A stretch of DNA of 64,000 nt from Dudresnaya verticillata (Eukaryota), in NCBI GenBank assembly GCA_977862235.1, contig OZ374559.1, forward strand, positions 1,426,001 through 1,490,000. The letters are read 5' to 3'. The notes under the pieces are model-generated. The model was not told the DNA's origin and searched no databases. It saw only the letters and a program-made list of their open reading frames with translations. Position numbers and translations under genes: made by a program. Each line of letters begins with the position of its first letter. Position 1 is the first letter of the stretch. Positions 11,493 through 22,200 of the stretch are shown in pieces.

Positions 11493-11969
11493 AATGCGTC
11501 TTTCAGCAGCCCTTTCGTGTCGTGCGCACACAGACACGAAGTATGCAATCCTTACGAGACGTCCACCTTATGGGTACTAACTCAAAACGAGTGTTCACCA
11601 CACGAACAGGTCCAGTCTCTTGCAGGAATGGAACTAGGCCCAACCGTGTCAAGGTTCTGGATCTTACTGGAGGTTGCTCCCCTAGGCCAACGAGGTCCTG
11701 ACTTAACGAGAGTCACCACGCACAACACTCAACCTCTCAGCAAGCTCACGGACCAAGACAACAGCGGACGAGAGCCTCGAGAACTCTCTCACAAAATCAG
11801 AGACACAAGCCGACACAGTGGGATAGGGACCACTTTCAACAGACAACAAGCAGACAGGACAGGACACAAGCCGACAGGACAGGACACAAGCAGACAGGAC
11901 AGGCCAGGACGGGACCGGACAGTATCAAGAATGAAAAGAAAAAGGGAGAAGGTTGCAGCGAAGCGATGA
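11493..11969 (+). CDS. Candidate antisense ORF in the Copia 5' leader (open 159 codons; first ATG 11628), unknown function
   Basis: Open in copies A, C (25082-25534) and D (29152-29604, minus strand); substitutions versus the diverged copy at 46970 fall mostly at codon position 3; basic C-terminus. Confidence 0.4.
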   Translation, partial: NASFSSPFVSCAHRHEVCNPYETSTLWVLTQNECSPHEQVQSLAGMELGPTVSRFWILLEVAPLGQRGPDLTRVTTHNTQPLSKLTDQDNSGREPRELSHKIRDTSRHSGIGTTFNRQQADRTGHKPTGQDTSRQDRPGRDRTVSRMKRKREKVAAKR

Positions 11970-11990
11970 AGTCTGCGTAGGTCGACCTTC

Positions 11991-12003
11991 TGGGCCCATA
12001 ACC
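11991..12003 (-). promoter_or_regulatory. Primer-binding site GGTTATGGGCCCA (half-tRNAi-Met type)
   Basis: Abuts the 5' LTR; same motif at 25556-25568, 29118-29130, 35593-35605, 52512-52524, and a variant ending 47407. Confidence 0.92.
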
Positions 12004-13760
12004 TGAAAAGGAATATGGAGAGGTTGGAGTTGAACAAGATGAGAAATGGAAGTCGCTTGACTTCGTTTACTGCAGTCGACCATCCGACATGGCTTATATC
12101 AGCTTTTCGGATGAGTTGCTGCGTGAACACAAACAAAACAAATCATTAAAGAAACGCCCAAAATCCCTATCATCAAATGGGCGGGAAAAAGTAAAGCAAT
12201 TAAATCTACCAAATCATACTCTCAGCACACTCACATCCGCCATCAAAATGGGCGGGAACTTGCACACCAGTGTTGCTAACTGCTGACATCAGCAATCCCT
12301 CTTGCGACCGCATTTCCTGCCATCCATATGTACTCCAACTTTGGGCGGGAACGTGAAAGTATCGAGTGTCCCCGCATGGCTGCTGTCGGACAACGCTGCA
12401 CACCACGTGGCCGCATTTACCAGCTCAAGTCCGTCCATGAATATCCAACTTGGATCATTGACCACGTAATCACCCAGATTTGCCTACGTGGCAGCTGTAA
12501 ACCAACGTGTCGGCCGCACGACACCTACGTGGCAACTGTAAACCAACGTGTCGGCCGGACGACAACTGCATCTGCTGATATCACAAGCCAGGCTCCACGT
12601 AGCGCAAGTCCCTGCAGTACCAACTCAGACGCCATCAGCACATTGCATGGCACGTTCATGTGTACTTGTGGAGTACAGTGCGCGTCATACCAGTACCATT
12701 CCATGCCATACCACGTGCATCCATGTGGTCCAATCAGATCGTTCCACTTGGCCTGGCCGTTCCTGTTATAACCGCCAATTCCAGCACAACACTTGTAAGC
12801 CATATAGACCATGGAGGCGGTTTGTAACAACCAATCAGAAGCCCGTTTCACGTTGCTTTTGCAAAAGGCCTTAATGCGCCGTGATTTCGGAAGCCCGGAA
12901 AAAGGGCTGTCGTCTCCGGAAGGTTTGGTGAAAGCGTGCCAGGGTACCATCTGGGGTACCTGACCCGTGACGTGAGGCGCCAGCGACCATGTCCTCAACA
13001 TATATCAAATGGGTAGATGTGGATTAATGAGCCCCCGATTTCTGTAAGCACAAACGTGTTCACAAGACGCCTGTAAGGCATGGAGGGCACTAGGGTGCTG
13101 CGATGATTTAGATGGCTGATCCCCATTGGTAGTGTAGCAGGTAGATTAATTATAGTCACACATAATTTTGGCATGGCGTGCCAAACACCGGCGCGCATTG
13201 AAGTATAGACGTCGGGTCGATCCCACGTCTGATACTTGCTGGTCCGAAGCCGCCACACAGACCCGTCTATGGGTACCTGTATGTGGAAGAGCGATTGTGG
13301 TGTAGTGAAAGGCAGACCTGTAAGGAGAGCTGATCAGGCAATCCCAATAAGGAGTGATCTCACACGGCACGGTGGTGGTAGAGCCTAGTTAGTAGACCAA
13401 AGCGAGTGCCAGTGGCCGAAACTTCTGTTGACGAGCTGCAACCCCGGACCGTTCGACATCCGGTGGGTAGCCGCGGATGGCGGCGAAGGGGTCGTAGAGC
13501 TGAAAGGAACTCGCCAAAGGCGGACTGTAAACGCCCTTGGCGGAAAGCGTAGAAACACAGGACAAAAAGGGGGAAAGAGAGAGGCAGAAGGAAGCACGTC
13601 CTGGATCGTAGGTAGACGCGGAAGCGCGGTAGGTCAGACGCTTGTGTCTTCGGGCTAGCGAGTAGGTACGCGTAGTGTGGGAGGGGTAGTCTGGACCAAG
13701 GCCGGCTTGCCCGGGAGTTTACTGCTACGTCTGGGACGGCTTACCTAAGTATAGCACTGC

Positions 13761-14623
13761 AGTATTGCAGACTTCAATATCGCCCTAGGCGTCGTTACAC
13801 CGTCTCAGACGGAGCTCTACGACCTCGACGTTACACCGCCAACGCGGTTCAAGATGTGGGTTTGGGCCCGAACCCGCTCGTGTGGTGCAAGGGGGTGGCC
13901 CCATTTTTCGCCCTGATCTGTAATCGTGGCCCAGATCCGGATTGGATCTGGATCGGGCATTGGGATCCGAATCCGGATCACCCACACCGCTGTGCGCACG
14001 CGCCTGTGAGCTACCCGCTACGCGCTCGCAAGCCTGTAAGCTACTCCTTACCCGCGGGTACGCCGCTGCACAACTACGGCGACGTGTCAGACGCGCGGTG
14101 GCGTGACACGCGTACTGAGTTCCCGCGCACCGCGCCACGCCGCCGCCGCCCGCATCGTAGTGGTAGTATATTAGGTAACGCGTCTGAGACGTTGGAGTAA
14201 ACCCCGGCAAGCCGGTCTGCCTTCACACTTCGCCCCTTCGCTCGTTAGCGTCACTGCCGCTTCCCACGTTGGCTACGCGTTGCGAAGATCGCGCTTCCGC
14301 GCCAATGTCCGCCTTTTACGCTTATGCGCTTTTGTTTTCCCTGCGAGAAGCTCGGTGGTTCTTCACCCCAGCGCTCAAGAGCGGACATCACTGCTATTAG
14401 CGTGAGCTACGTGCCGAACTACCACGCACTCATCCACTCCGTCGTGGACGTGTGTTTGCCCCTTTTCCATTTCTACCGCCTCAAGCATTTACAGTCCGCC
14501 CTTGGCGTGTTACCAGACTCTACCCCCGTCTACCGCCCTCGGCATTCATCCGCCTGAGGTGAGCTACCGGCCGGGCTACGAACGGCACGGACAGTGTTTC
14601 CGTCTTAGACGTTTTGCACTACA
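13761..14623 (+). repeat. Related Gypsy LTR inserted in inverted orientation inside the G1 LTR
   Basis: Reverse complement of 48066-48974-type sequence; ends TTGCACTACA; flanks ACTGC/ACTAC (near-TSD); host LTR resumes afterwards. Confidence 0.6.
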
Positions 14624-15050
14624 ACTACTGCGTGGCGGCGCGCGGTGTGGGTGTGCAGCGCGGGAACTCGGGACACGTGTCGTCCCGAGGTGCGTCTGAC
14701 AGATACCTCACCGCATGCAGCCGCACGCCAGACAGATTGCCGTGCAACACCCTGCGTGGGCGCTTACACACACACGTGGACGCGTGCGCCTTACAGTTGT
14801 GCTCGCGCGTGTACTGTAGAGCGTGCGATCCTGATGTAATCCAATACTTGTCCGATCCTGATCCCAATCCCGATCCGGGCCAGCAATGCGAACACTCGCA
14901 GCCTTGCAGGCACGTACATTACAGCTTAGGCGATCCAGATAGCCAATCCGGATACCGGATCCGGATCCAATCTGGATCCGTGTTACAGCACCCCGGGGCG
15001 CCATATCGGCCTGTCACCGTACAGTGCCAGCATGGTGCGCGGCGCTCAAC

Positions 15051-15812
15051 TGTAGTATCTCGAAAAGCACCACCGAGTGCGGCGGCCAAACGAGACCCTA
15101 AAGGACCAAAAAGACCTGTCGGATTTCTTAAAAAGCTGGCCAAACGTAGAGCGGACTGCGCGCCGGTGGCAAGCGTGGTAGAGCGGGAGCGCGCAGACGA
15201 AGTCGTGGCCAAATCTGCGATGAGGACAGAAAATGGCCAAGTCGGGGGTTCAGTTGCTAACTTTACTCCTAACCTCTCGCGGGACGGCTTCGTGTCTAAG
15301 CTGGCTGAGCCGGCATGTATGGCCATCTAAGTAGGCCCAAAATCGGCCATATGAGCTAGTCTAGGGCTATTCTACAGTTAGTGGCCGAGGTTACTCCCCA
15401 TCGGCCATAATATCTACTTGTGGTCCAGCGTCGGGCCAATGTAGGGCCTTTGCGAGACTAAACCAAGTACTTGTGCGTTAGTGATTGGCGAAACAAGTTA
15501 GATTTTCCCGTGATTTTTCCACTGTCTTCCACTTGATTTCGTTTGCGGCCAAATCCAATTTCCTTTTGCATCCGGCCTTCAATCGGATCCCACGTGTACA
15601 ACGTGCCACGTGGTGCGTCTTAGTGTTGTAGGTGGCCACGTGTTCGCCACGTGTACAATCGGTGTCCACGCGTTATATTTGTGCGCACTCACCGTCGTCC
15701 GTGCGCCGACGTTGTGGCTCCATTGGCCAGGTGTCTTCTGTGGGTTGGGCCGATCATTCGCTTGGCCCGAAGTGTTGCTTCCATTCGGTGGGCCCCTTGG
15801 CGTTGCACTACA
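15051..15812. repeat. LTR-like insert homologous (inverted) to 63559-64000
   Basis: Termini TGTAGT...GTTGCACTACA; 15420-15812 aligns in reverse to 63559-63970; left boundary uncertain, no TSD. Confidence 0.55.
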
Positions 15813-16458
15813 GAAGGTGTTCGCGCGCCCCAGTGAGCCGTCGATGACGTGTTCGTGCGCCCCAGTGAGCCGTCGATGACGTGTTCGTGCGCCAACGGCG
15901 GTGGTGAGCGCCGGTGGCGGTTTCTCCGTCGGTCGACGTATTTTTCACTCCGCTTTCAGCGCAAAAGGGGCTCACCCCCCCTGCCCCACACGACCCCCCT
16001 CCAAAACGTGAACACGTCCGACCCTCAACCTGCTGCCGCACGCTTGCCTTCGTCCATGACCGCTCCTGCGCCTCGTCTGGGTGAGTCCGCGCGTGCGTTT
16101 TGCGACTTCAGCTGTGCCGTGCGAACTCCGCTCGTTTTGCGCGCTGCGTGCCCTTACACTAAACCGACATCACCGCCTGTGGCGCATTCCGATTTCCTTC
16201 GTTGACGTCGTTCAGATTCCCTCGCCTCCCGGCGCTGCGATTCGATCGTCATCGACGTTATCCTCTTTGTGTATCGCCTGTGGCGTGGCAACTGAACGTC
16301 GCTGACGCAGATTTCTCTTCCTCGCCTGTGGCGCCGAACGGTAATCGTCTTGGACGCACGGTTTGTGAAACGTTCGCCGGTCGCGTTGGACAGTAGTAGT
16401 CTTTGACGTTCTTGTATACATCGCCAGCGGCGTTACTAGTCTCTTCGTCTTCGACGTT

Positions 16459-18647
16459 ATGCCGGTATTCAATGGCATGTAGGTGGCAGCTCTCTCGGCC
16501 GCGCCCGTGTACGCATCGCCCGTCGACTTTGTTGGTAAGAATCCTCGCGATCACGCGCATTTCTTTGCGTGGGCCCCCTGATTCGACTAGGAGACTTTGC
16601 ACAGCGATGAACTGGTCGCCAATTACGCTAATAGCGGATTCTTTGCATGGGGCCTCCCCCTTGGCGTCGTCTGCACGTTAGAGTGGAAGTTGCGCTGCGC
16701 CGTTCCTCAGGAATGGCTTTGGGTCCGAGCTGGGTAGTCGCGGGCCGATGTCCATGCACAATTCGTCTCAGAGGTCTATAGGCGTTTCACGCGTTACTCC
16801 GCGTCGGCATTGGCGCCGACCATCTTCAACTTTGACGCGGGGCAATATCGAACAACCGGCCAGGCCGAATATGGTGCTCGTCTTGGGACGTTATGGCTGA
16901 AGCACGTGAGCGTGTCAATCGAACCTCGCGTTTTGCAAGAGGCTTACCTCTTAGGTGTACGCTGAAAAGCGGATTTTCATTATCTGCATCGGACGGGTAC
17001 GTTCTTCTGGGAGCGTTGTATCCGTTGAGAATGTGAACCGCGTCGCTGAAAGGGCGTGTTTGTGCCCGACCAGGACATGCAGGTCGACCGCATTGAGCGA
17101 AGTAAGTTACCCCACTGTTTTGTGAAGGTCCCGCCTGTGTGGCGTGAGTTCGAGATATGCGAAGGTTTCGCAGCAGAGCCCCCCGTGTGTTACGTATCTT
17201 GGTTCCGAGCTGATGACCGATCCGTACTCGAGATATCGGATCGCGTTCTATACCGAGTGGGTGACCAACGTAGCATACACGTGGTTATGGGAGGTGTATG
17301 ACACCTTCCGTATGTACCACGTGCCGCCGCGTGTGGTAGCCCTTCTTGGCGGCCTCGACTTAGTCGAAATTCTCGGTGGTTCACGAAACTGCCAGAAGTT
17401 CTGGGACTTGCCCGCTGTTGCGGATGGTATTGATTGGAACGACCCAGTTGCCGTTCCGTTAGCCAACAACCGCCGTAAGGCAAATCGTCCGCGATACGCA
17501 TTGAGTCTTACTCATTCTGCCTTTGGCGATTGGATTTGGTTCAACCCTTGGACAAAGCGTCGTACGACGAAGAAAATTGCGGAACGCCATCGCAAGACCG
17601 ATCCCTTCACGCGGGGTAATCACCCGCGCGGTTTGCGTAAGACCTGCGACTTTGTCGGTGACTTTCCTCCTCATTTGAGCGCCTTGATGGCGGAAGAGGT
17701 TGCTTTTCACGCCAATGACGGGCCGGATAACTCGTCTGAGACTGTTATGGACACGCCTATGGCGGTTGAGTCTTCCGCTGGAGCGCCTGTTCGGTCTACG
17801 ACGTTGCCCACGGAGCCTCTTGCGGCCAGTGCGATGCCAACTGGCGTACCAGCTGTTGCGCCCTTGGACCTTGCGGCGTCTGTCGCCGACGATGAGGGTG
17901 ACGTCATTATGGCTGTGCCAGTGTCCGAGCCACCCCCGACCGTAATTCCAGAAGGCGGAGCGTCGAGCGTCGTAGACGGTTCAGGGAAGGCTCCCGGTGT
18001 GCCGGTCCGGGCCGAAGAACAGCGGCGCACAGTCCTCGCATTGTTGCAGGCTGCCGGCGTCACTACTAGCGGTTTGAGCGGCTCGCTCACAGAGTGGGTG
18101 AGCCAATCCTTGTCGGCTGCGGTTCCACCTCAGGGTGGGTCCGCGCCGAAATCGACTGTTTTCGTAGGCTCAGTGTCGAACTAAATCGACTGTTGTCATA
18201 GGCTCTGCGTTGAACGACGGTGTGGCAGGAACGCCTTCATCGCCTAAGGCGAATGGTCCAGCGTCTAAGGAAGTGATTATTACTGTACCGCCTGCGGCGA
18301 GCGAAGCGAATGCTGCTATAACGTCGTCGACGGTTCAGCCAGGTGCTCCTGCGTCACTGACGGGCGTAGAGCCAATAACGCCGAAGGCGAGTGAGGATGT
18401 GACGCCGATCGAGGCGGTTTCTGAGCTTACGCCAAAGGCGGTTGATGAGTCGCCCCTTACGCTTCCGGCGCCTGTCGTGATCACTCCGGCAGTTGTAATT
18501 GCGGGGCCCTTGCGTTACGCCCCTGCTCCTGCCGCGAGTTTAACATCGACGGCGGAGGACGACCTCTATGAAGAGGCGTTGCGCGAGTCCGCCGAAGGCG
18601 CTGCTGAGGTTGTACCACCCAATTCGCCTGCGACTAAAGATACTTGA
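16459..18647 (+). pseudogene. Gypsy accessory ORF of unknown function, antisense to pol (copy 1), with stops and frameshifts
   Basis: Collinear homology with 49524-51825 (SPVDFVGKNPRDHAHF, GRLGTL.LKHVSVSIEPRVL, FYTEWV, WFNPWTKRRTT, HPRGLRKTCDFVGDFPPH, LYEEALRESAE). Confidence 0.75.
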
Positions 18648-19299
18648 TATCGTTTTAGAACGGGTAGCGGACGCGAGAGTGCGTTTTGCGACTCTCTTTG
18701 ACTCCTATTCGGAGTCGATGAGCGGGGGTTGTGCTGCTTCTTCGTAGTGACGTGTTAGCCATAGCCTTCGTCGTGATGGCGTGATTTAGCTGTAGTGGTC
18801 GTTAGAACGGATGCGGGGTTGTCCCCGCTTGTTTAGCCCAGTAAACACGGCAATTGCCAGCGCCTTTTCGTTTCGCGTTTCGCGTTGGGCTTAGGGTGGT
18901 CCCACTTCGACTTTGCGTCGTTTCCTTGATTCCCGCTACAGCAGCGTTGGCGTTTGATTCCATTATCCTTAGCCGCGTGTTGCGTTTCGGCTGCGTTTTG
19001 TTGATAGTATCCGCTGTAGTAGCGTTGTCCTTCGTGTTGCACATGCGGCGGTTGGCGCGTCTTGCTTCTCGTTGTAAATCGTTTTCATCTTGATCGTCGG
19101 GTCACGCTGTTCGGGAAGACCCGGTTCCCCTGACTTAGCGTTTTTGGTGCGTTTGTCGCACTGCGCCTCAGGCGTGTTTGCGTATTCATGAGGCTGGGTT
19201 GTACCCCTATAGCCCCTAATGTCGTCGATATTACAGCGTATTGTTTTATGCAGTGTCGTGGACGAAAATCGCGAAGGCGGTCAGGTAGGTGCTTCGACA

Positions 19300-22200
19300 T
19301 GAAAAGGAATATGGAGAGGTTGGAGTTGAACAAGATGAGAAATGGAAGTCGCTTGACTTCGTTTACTGCAGTCGACAATCCGACATGGCTTATATCAGCT
19401 TTTCGGATGAGTTGCTGCGTGAACACAAACAAAACAAATCATTAAAGATACGCCCAAAATCCCTATCATCAAATGGGCGGGAAAAAGTAAAGCAATTAAA
19501 TCTACCAAATCATACTCTCAGCACACTCACATCCGCCACCAAAATGGGCGGGAACTTGCACACCAGTGTTGCTAACTGCTGACATCAGCAATCCCTCTTG
19601 CGACCGCATTTCCTGCCATCCATATGTACTCCAACTTTGGGCGGGAACGTGAAAGTATCGAGTGTCCCCGCATAGCTGCTGTCGGACAACGCTGCACACC
19701 ACGTGGCCGCACTTACCAGCTCAAGTCCGTCCATGAATATCCAACTTGGATCATTGGCCACGTAATCACCCAGACTTGCCTACGTGGCAGCTGTAAACCA
19801 ACGTGTCGGCCGCACGACAGCTACGTGGCAACTGTAAACCAACGTGTCGGCCGCACGACAACTGCATCTGCTGATACACGCACGAAAACTGCATCTGCTG
19901 ATATCACAAGCCAGGCTCCACGTAGCGCAAGTCCCTGCAGTACCAACTCAGACGCCATCAGCACATTGCATGGCACGTTCATATGTACTTGTGGAGTACA
20001 GTGCGCGTCATACCAGTACCATTCCATGCCATACCACGTGCATCCATGCGGTCCAATCAGATCGTTCCACTTGGCCGTTCCTGTTATAACCGCCAATTCC
20101 AGCACAACACTTGTAAGCCATATAGACCATGGAGGCGGTTTGTAACAACCAATCAGAAGCCTGTTTCACGTTGCTTTTGCAAAAGGCCTAAATGCGCCGT
20201 GATTTTGGAAGCCCGGAAAAAGGGCTGTCGTCTCCGGAAGGTTTGGTGAAAGCGTGCCAGGGTACCATCTGGGGTACCTGACCCGTGACGTGAGGCGCCA
20301 GCGACCATGTCCTCAACACTCCTCCTCGATGGCTCCTCCAAGTCCAACCCTTGGTAGAATCCTATTGAGCAAAGTGGGCCCGAGTGGCTTTGTCAGCAAG
20401 TCCGCGTCGTTGTCTTCTGACGGCACATACACCACTTCCAGAACAGAGTCGGCGACAAGTTCGCGAATGAAGTGTACACGAACGTCGATGTGCTTGGCAC
20501 GACCAGACGGACAGCGTTCTCCAGTAGCCCAATTGATGGCAGACTGGTTGTCTGATCTCAATGGAACCGGGCCTTCGACGTTCAAGTCGGCCTCCTTCAG
20601 CACTCGCGTGACCCAAACCGTCTCTTTCGCAGCCAGAGTCATTGCATAGTACTCCGACTCGCAAGTTGAGAGAGCAACAGTTGACTGCTTCTTGGATCCC
20701 CAAATACACACTGCATCTCCCAGTTTCACCATGTAACCAGACATAGATTTTCGGTCTGTGGTGTCACCGGCATAGTCAGCGTCCACATAAGCTTGGATAC
20801 GAGTGGTTCCGGACTGGTACGTAACTCCATGCTTGTGAGTGCCTCGAAGATATCGCAGAACCCTCTTTGCACCACGGTGACAGTACGCAGTTGGAGCCTT
20901 CTGGAACCGTGCGAGGATAAGCACAGAGGCCAAAATGTCCAGCCTTGTGCGAAGCCCCAAGTACAGAAGTGACCCGATCATCTGCTGGTACGTCTCAACC
21001 GACACGACGGCCTTGTCCTCTTCGGCGGCAAGTCCAGTGAAGAAAGACTCAACCATTGGCGTACAAGCCGGCTTAGAGTTCTGAAGTCCAAATCGACGAA
21101 GAACACTTTCCGTGTAGACCTGTTGAGTCATCTTGAGGGACACAAATCTGCCATCAGAGTCTAGCTTCCATCCAAGCTCGACTCCGAGGAAGAGGTCAAC
21201 CCCTTCAGACAGCCGTAGATCGTAGAGGCCCTGCAGCTCCTTAACAATGGCGTCTCTCTCCGCCTTTGTGGGCGCGAGGATGAGCAAGTCATCAACGTAC
21301 ACCAAGATGTATGCGTATCCAGAAGACTTGGATTTGCGACGAAACACGCAAGGTGCACTTGGCAATTCCTCAAACATCATCCCAGCAAGGTCACCACACA
21401 GCTTGGTGTGCCAAGCTAGGTGAGCCTGTTTTAGCCCATACATAGCTTTCAGAAGTTTGTAACAGAGAGATTCCCTTCCAGGAATCCCACGCGGTGACAT
21501 TACCCACACGTGTTCTGCCAGATCACCATTCAGGAAAGCCGTCTTCACGTCTAGCTGTGCAACAAACAGGTTCAAACACAGTACCAAGTATAGGAACATG
21601 CGCACCAGCGAGAACGACACAACTGGGGCGTATGTTTCCATGTAGTCTTCACCATACGTCTGGAAGTTTCCACCAGCGACGACCCGCGCTTTGAAGCGCT
21701 CGACGGTCCCGTCGGACTTGCGTTTAACTTTCAGCACGGCGTGCGTTGGAAGCGGCTGTGCATCGGGACTGTCATCACGGACCCAAGTGCCTTTGGATTC
21801 CAAGGATGCGAACTCATCATCAATGGCAGATTGCCACAACCCGCGCTCCTCCGGAGTGGCAGACATGGCCTCTCGAAGAGTGGGCTCATCTCCCGTTGTG
21901 AGGGCAACCTGTTGTTCAGCTTGTGCAGAGCTTGCCATAAACCATTTCGACGTCTGGCGACGTTGGCGACGAGGATATCGACTCTGTTGCTGGCGTTCTG
22001 GATCTGAACTCACACCAGCCGGAGGATTGTCAGAGACGTTTTCTTCCTCAGCCGTGTCATCAGATTCGAATGAGCTGGGTTATGATGGAGGTAGTGGAGC
22101 TGAAGAAGGTGTGTCAACTTCAATCGCATCCTCTTCATCCTCAAAGTTACCCAGCGACACATCGTCATCAGAGTCCGAGTTGAAAATAGAGGCCTCTGAG

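Larger units (their letters stand above)
5721..13000 (-). mobile_element. Complete Ty1/Copia LTR retrotransposon, copy A
   Basis: LTRs 5721-6753 (3') and 12004-13000 (5'); TSD TATAT at 5716-5720 and 13001-13005; PBS; PPT GAGGAGGAG; intact ORF. Confidence 0.97.
13296..19299 (-). mobile_element. 3' part of chromodomain Gypsy element G1 (3' LTR ~13296/13411-15990, PPT, 3' region with antisense ORF); continues at 36625
   Basis: LTR homologous to 38284-39235 and 48066-48974; ends CTGCCCCACA then CGACCCCCCTCCAAAA (PPT on minus strand); CGACA TSD links it to 36625. Confidence 0.7.
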
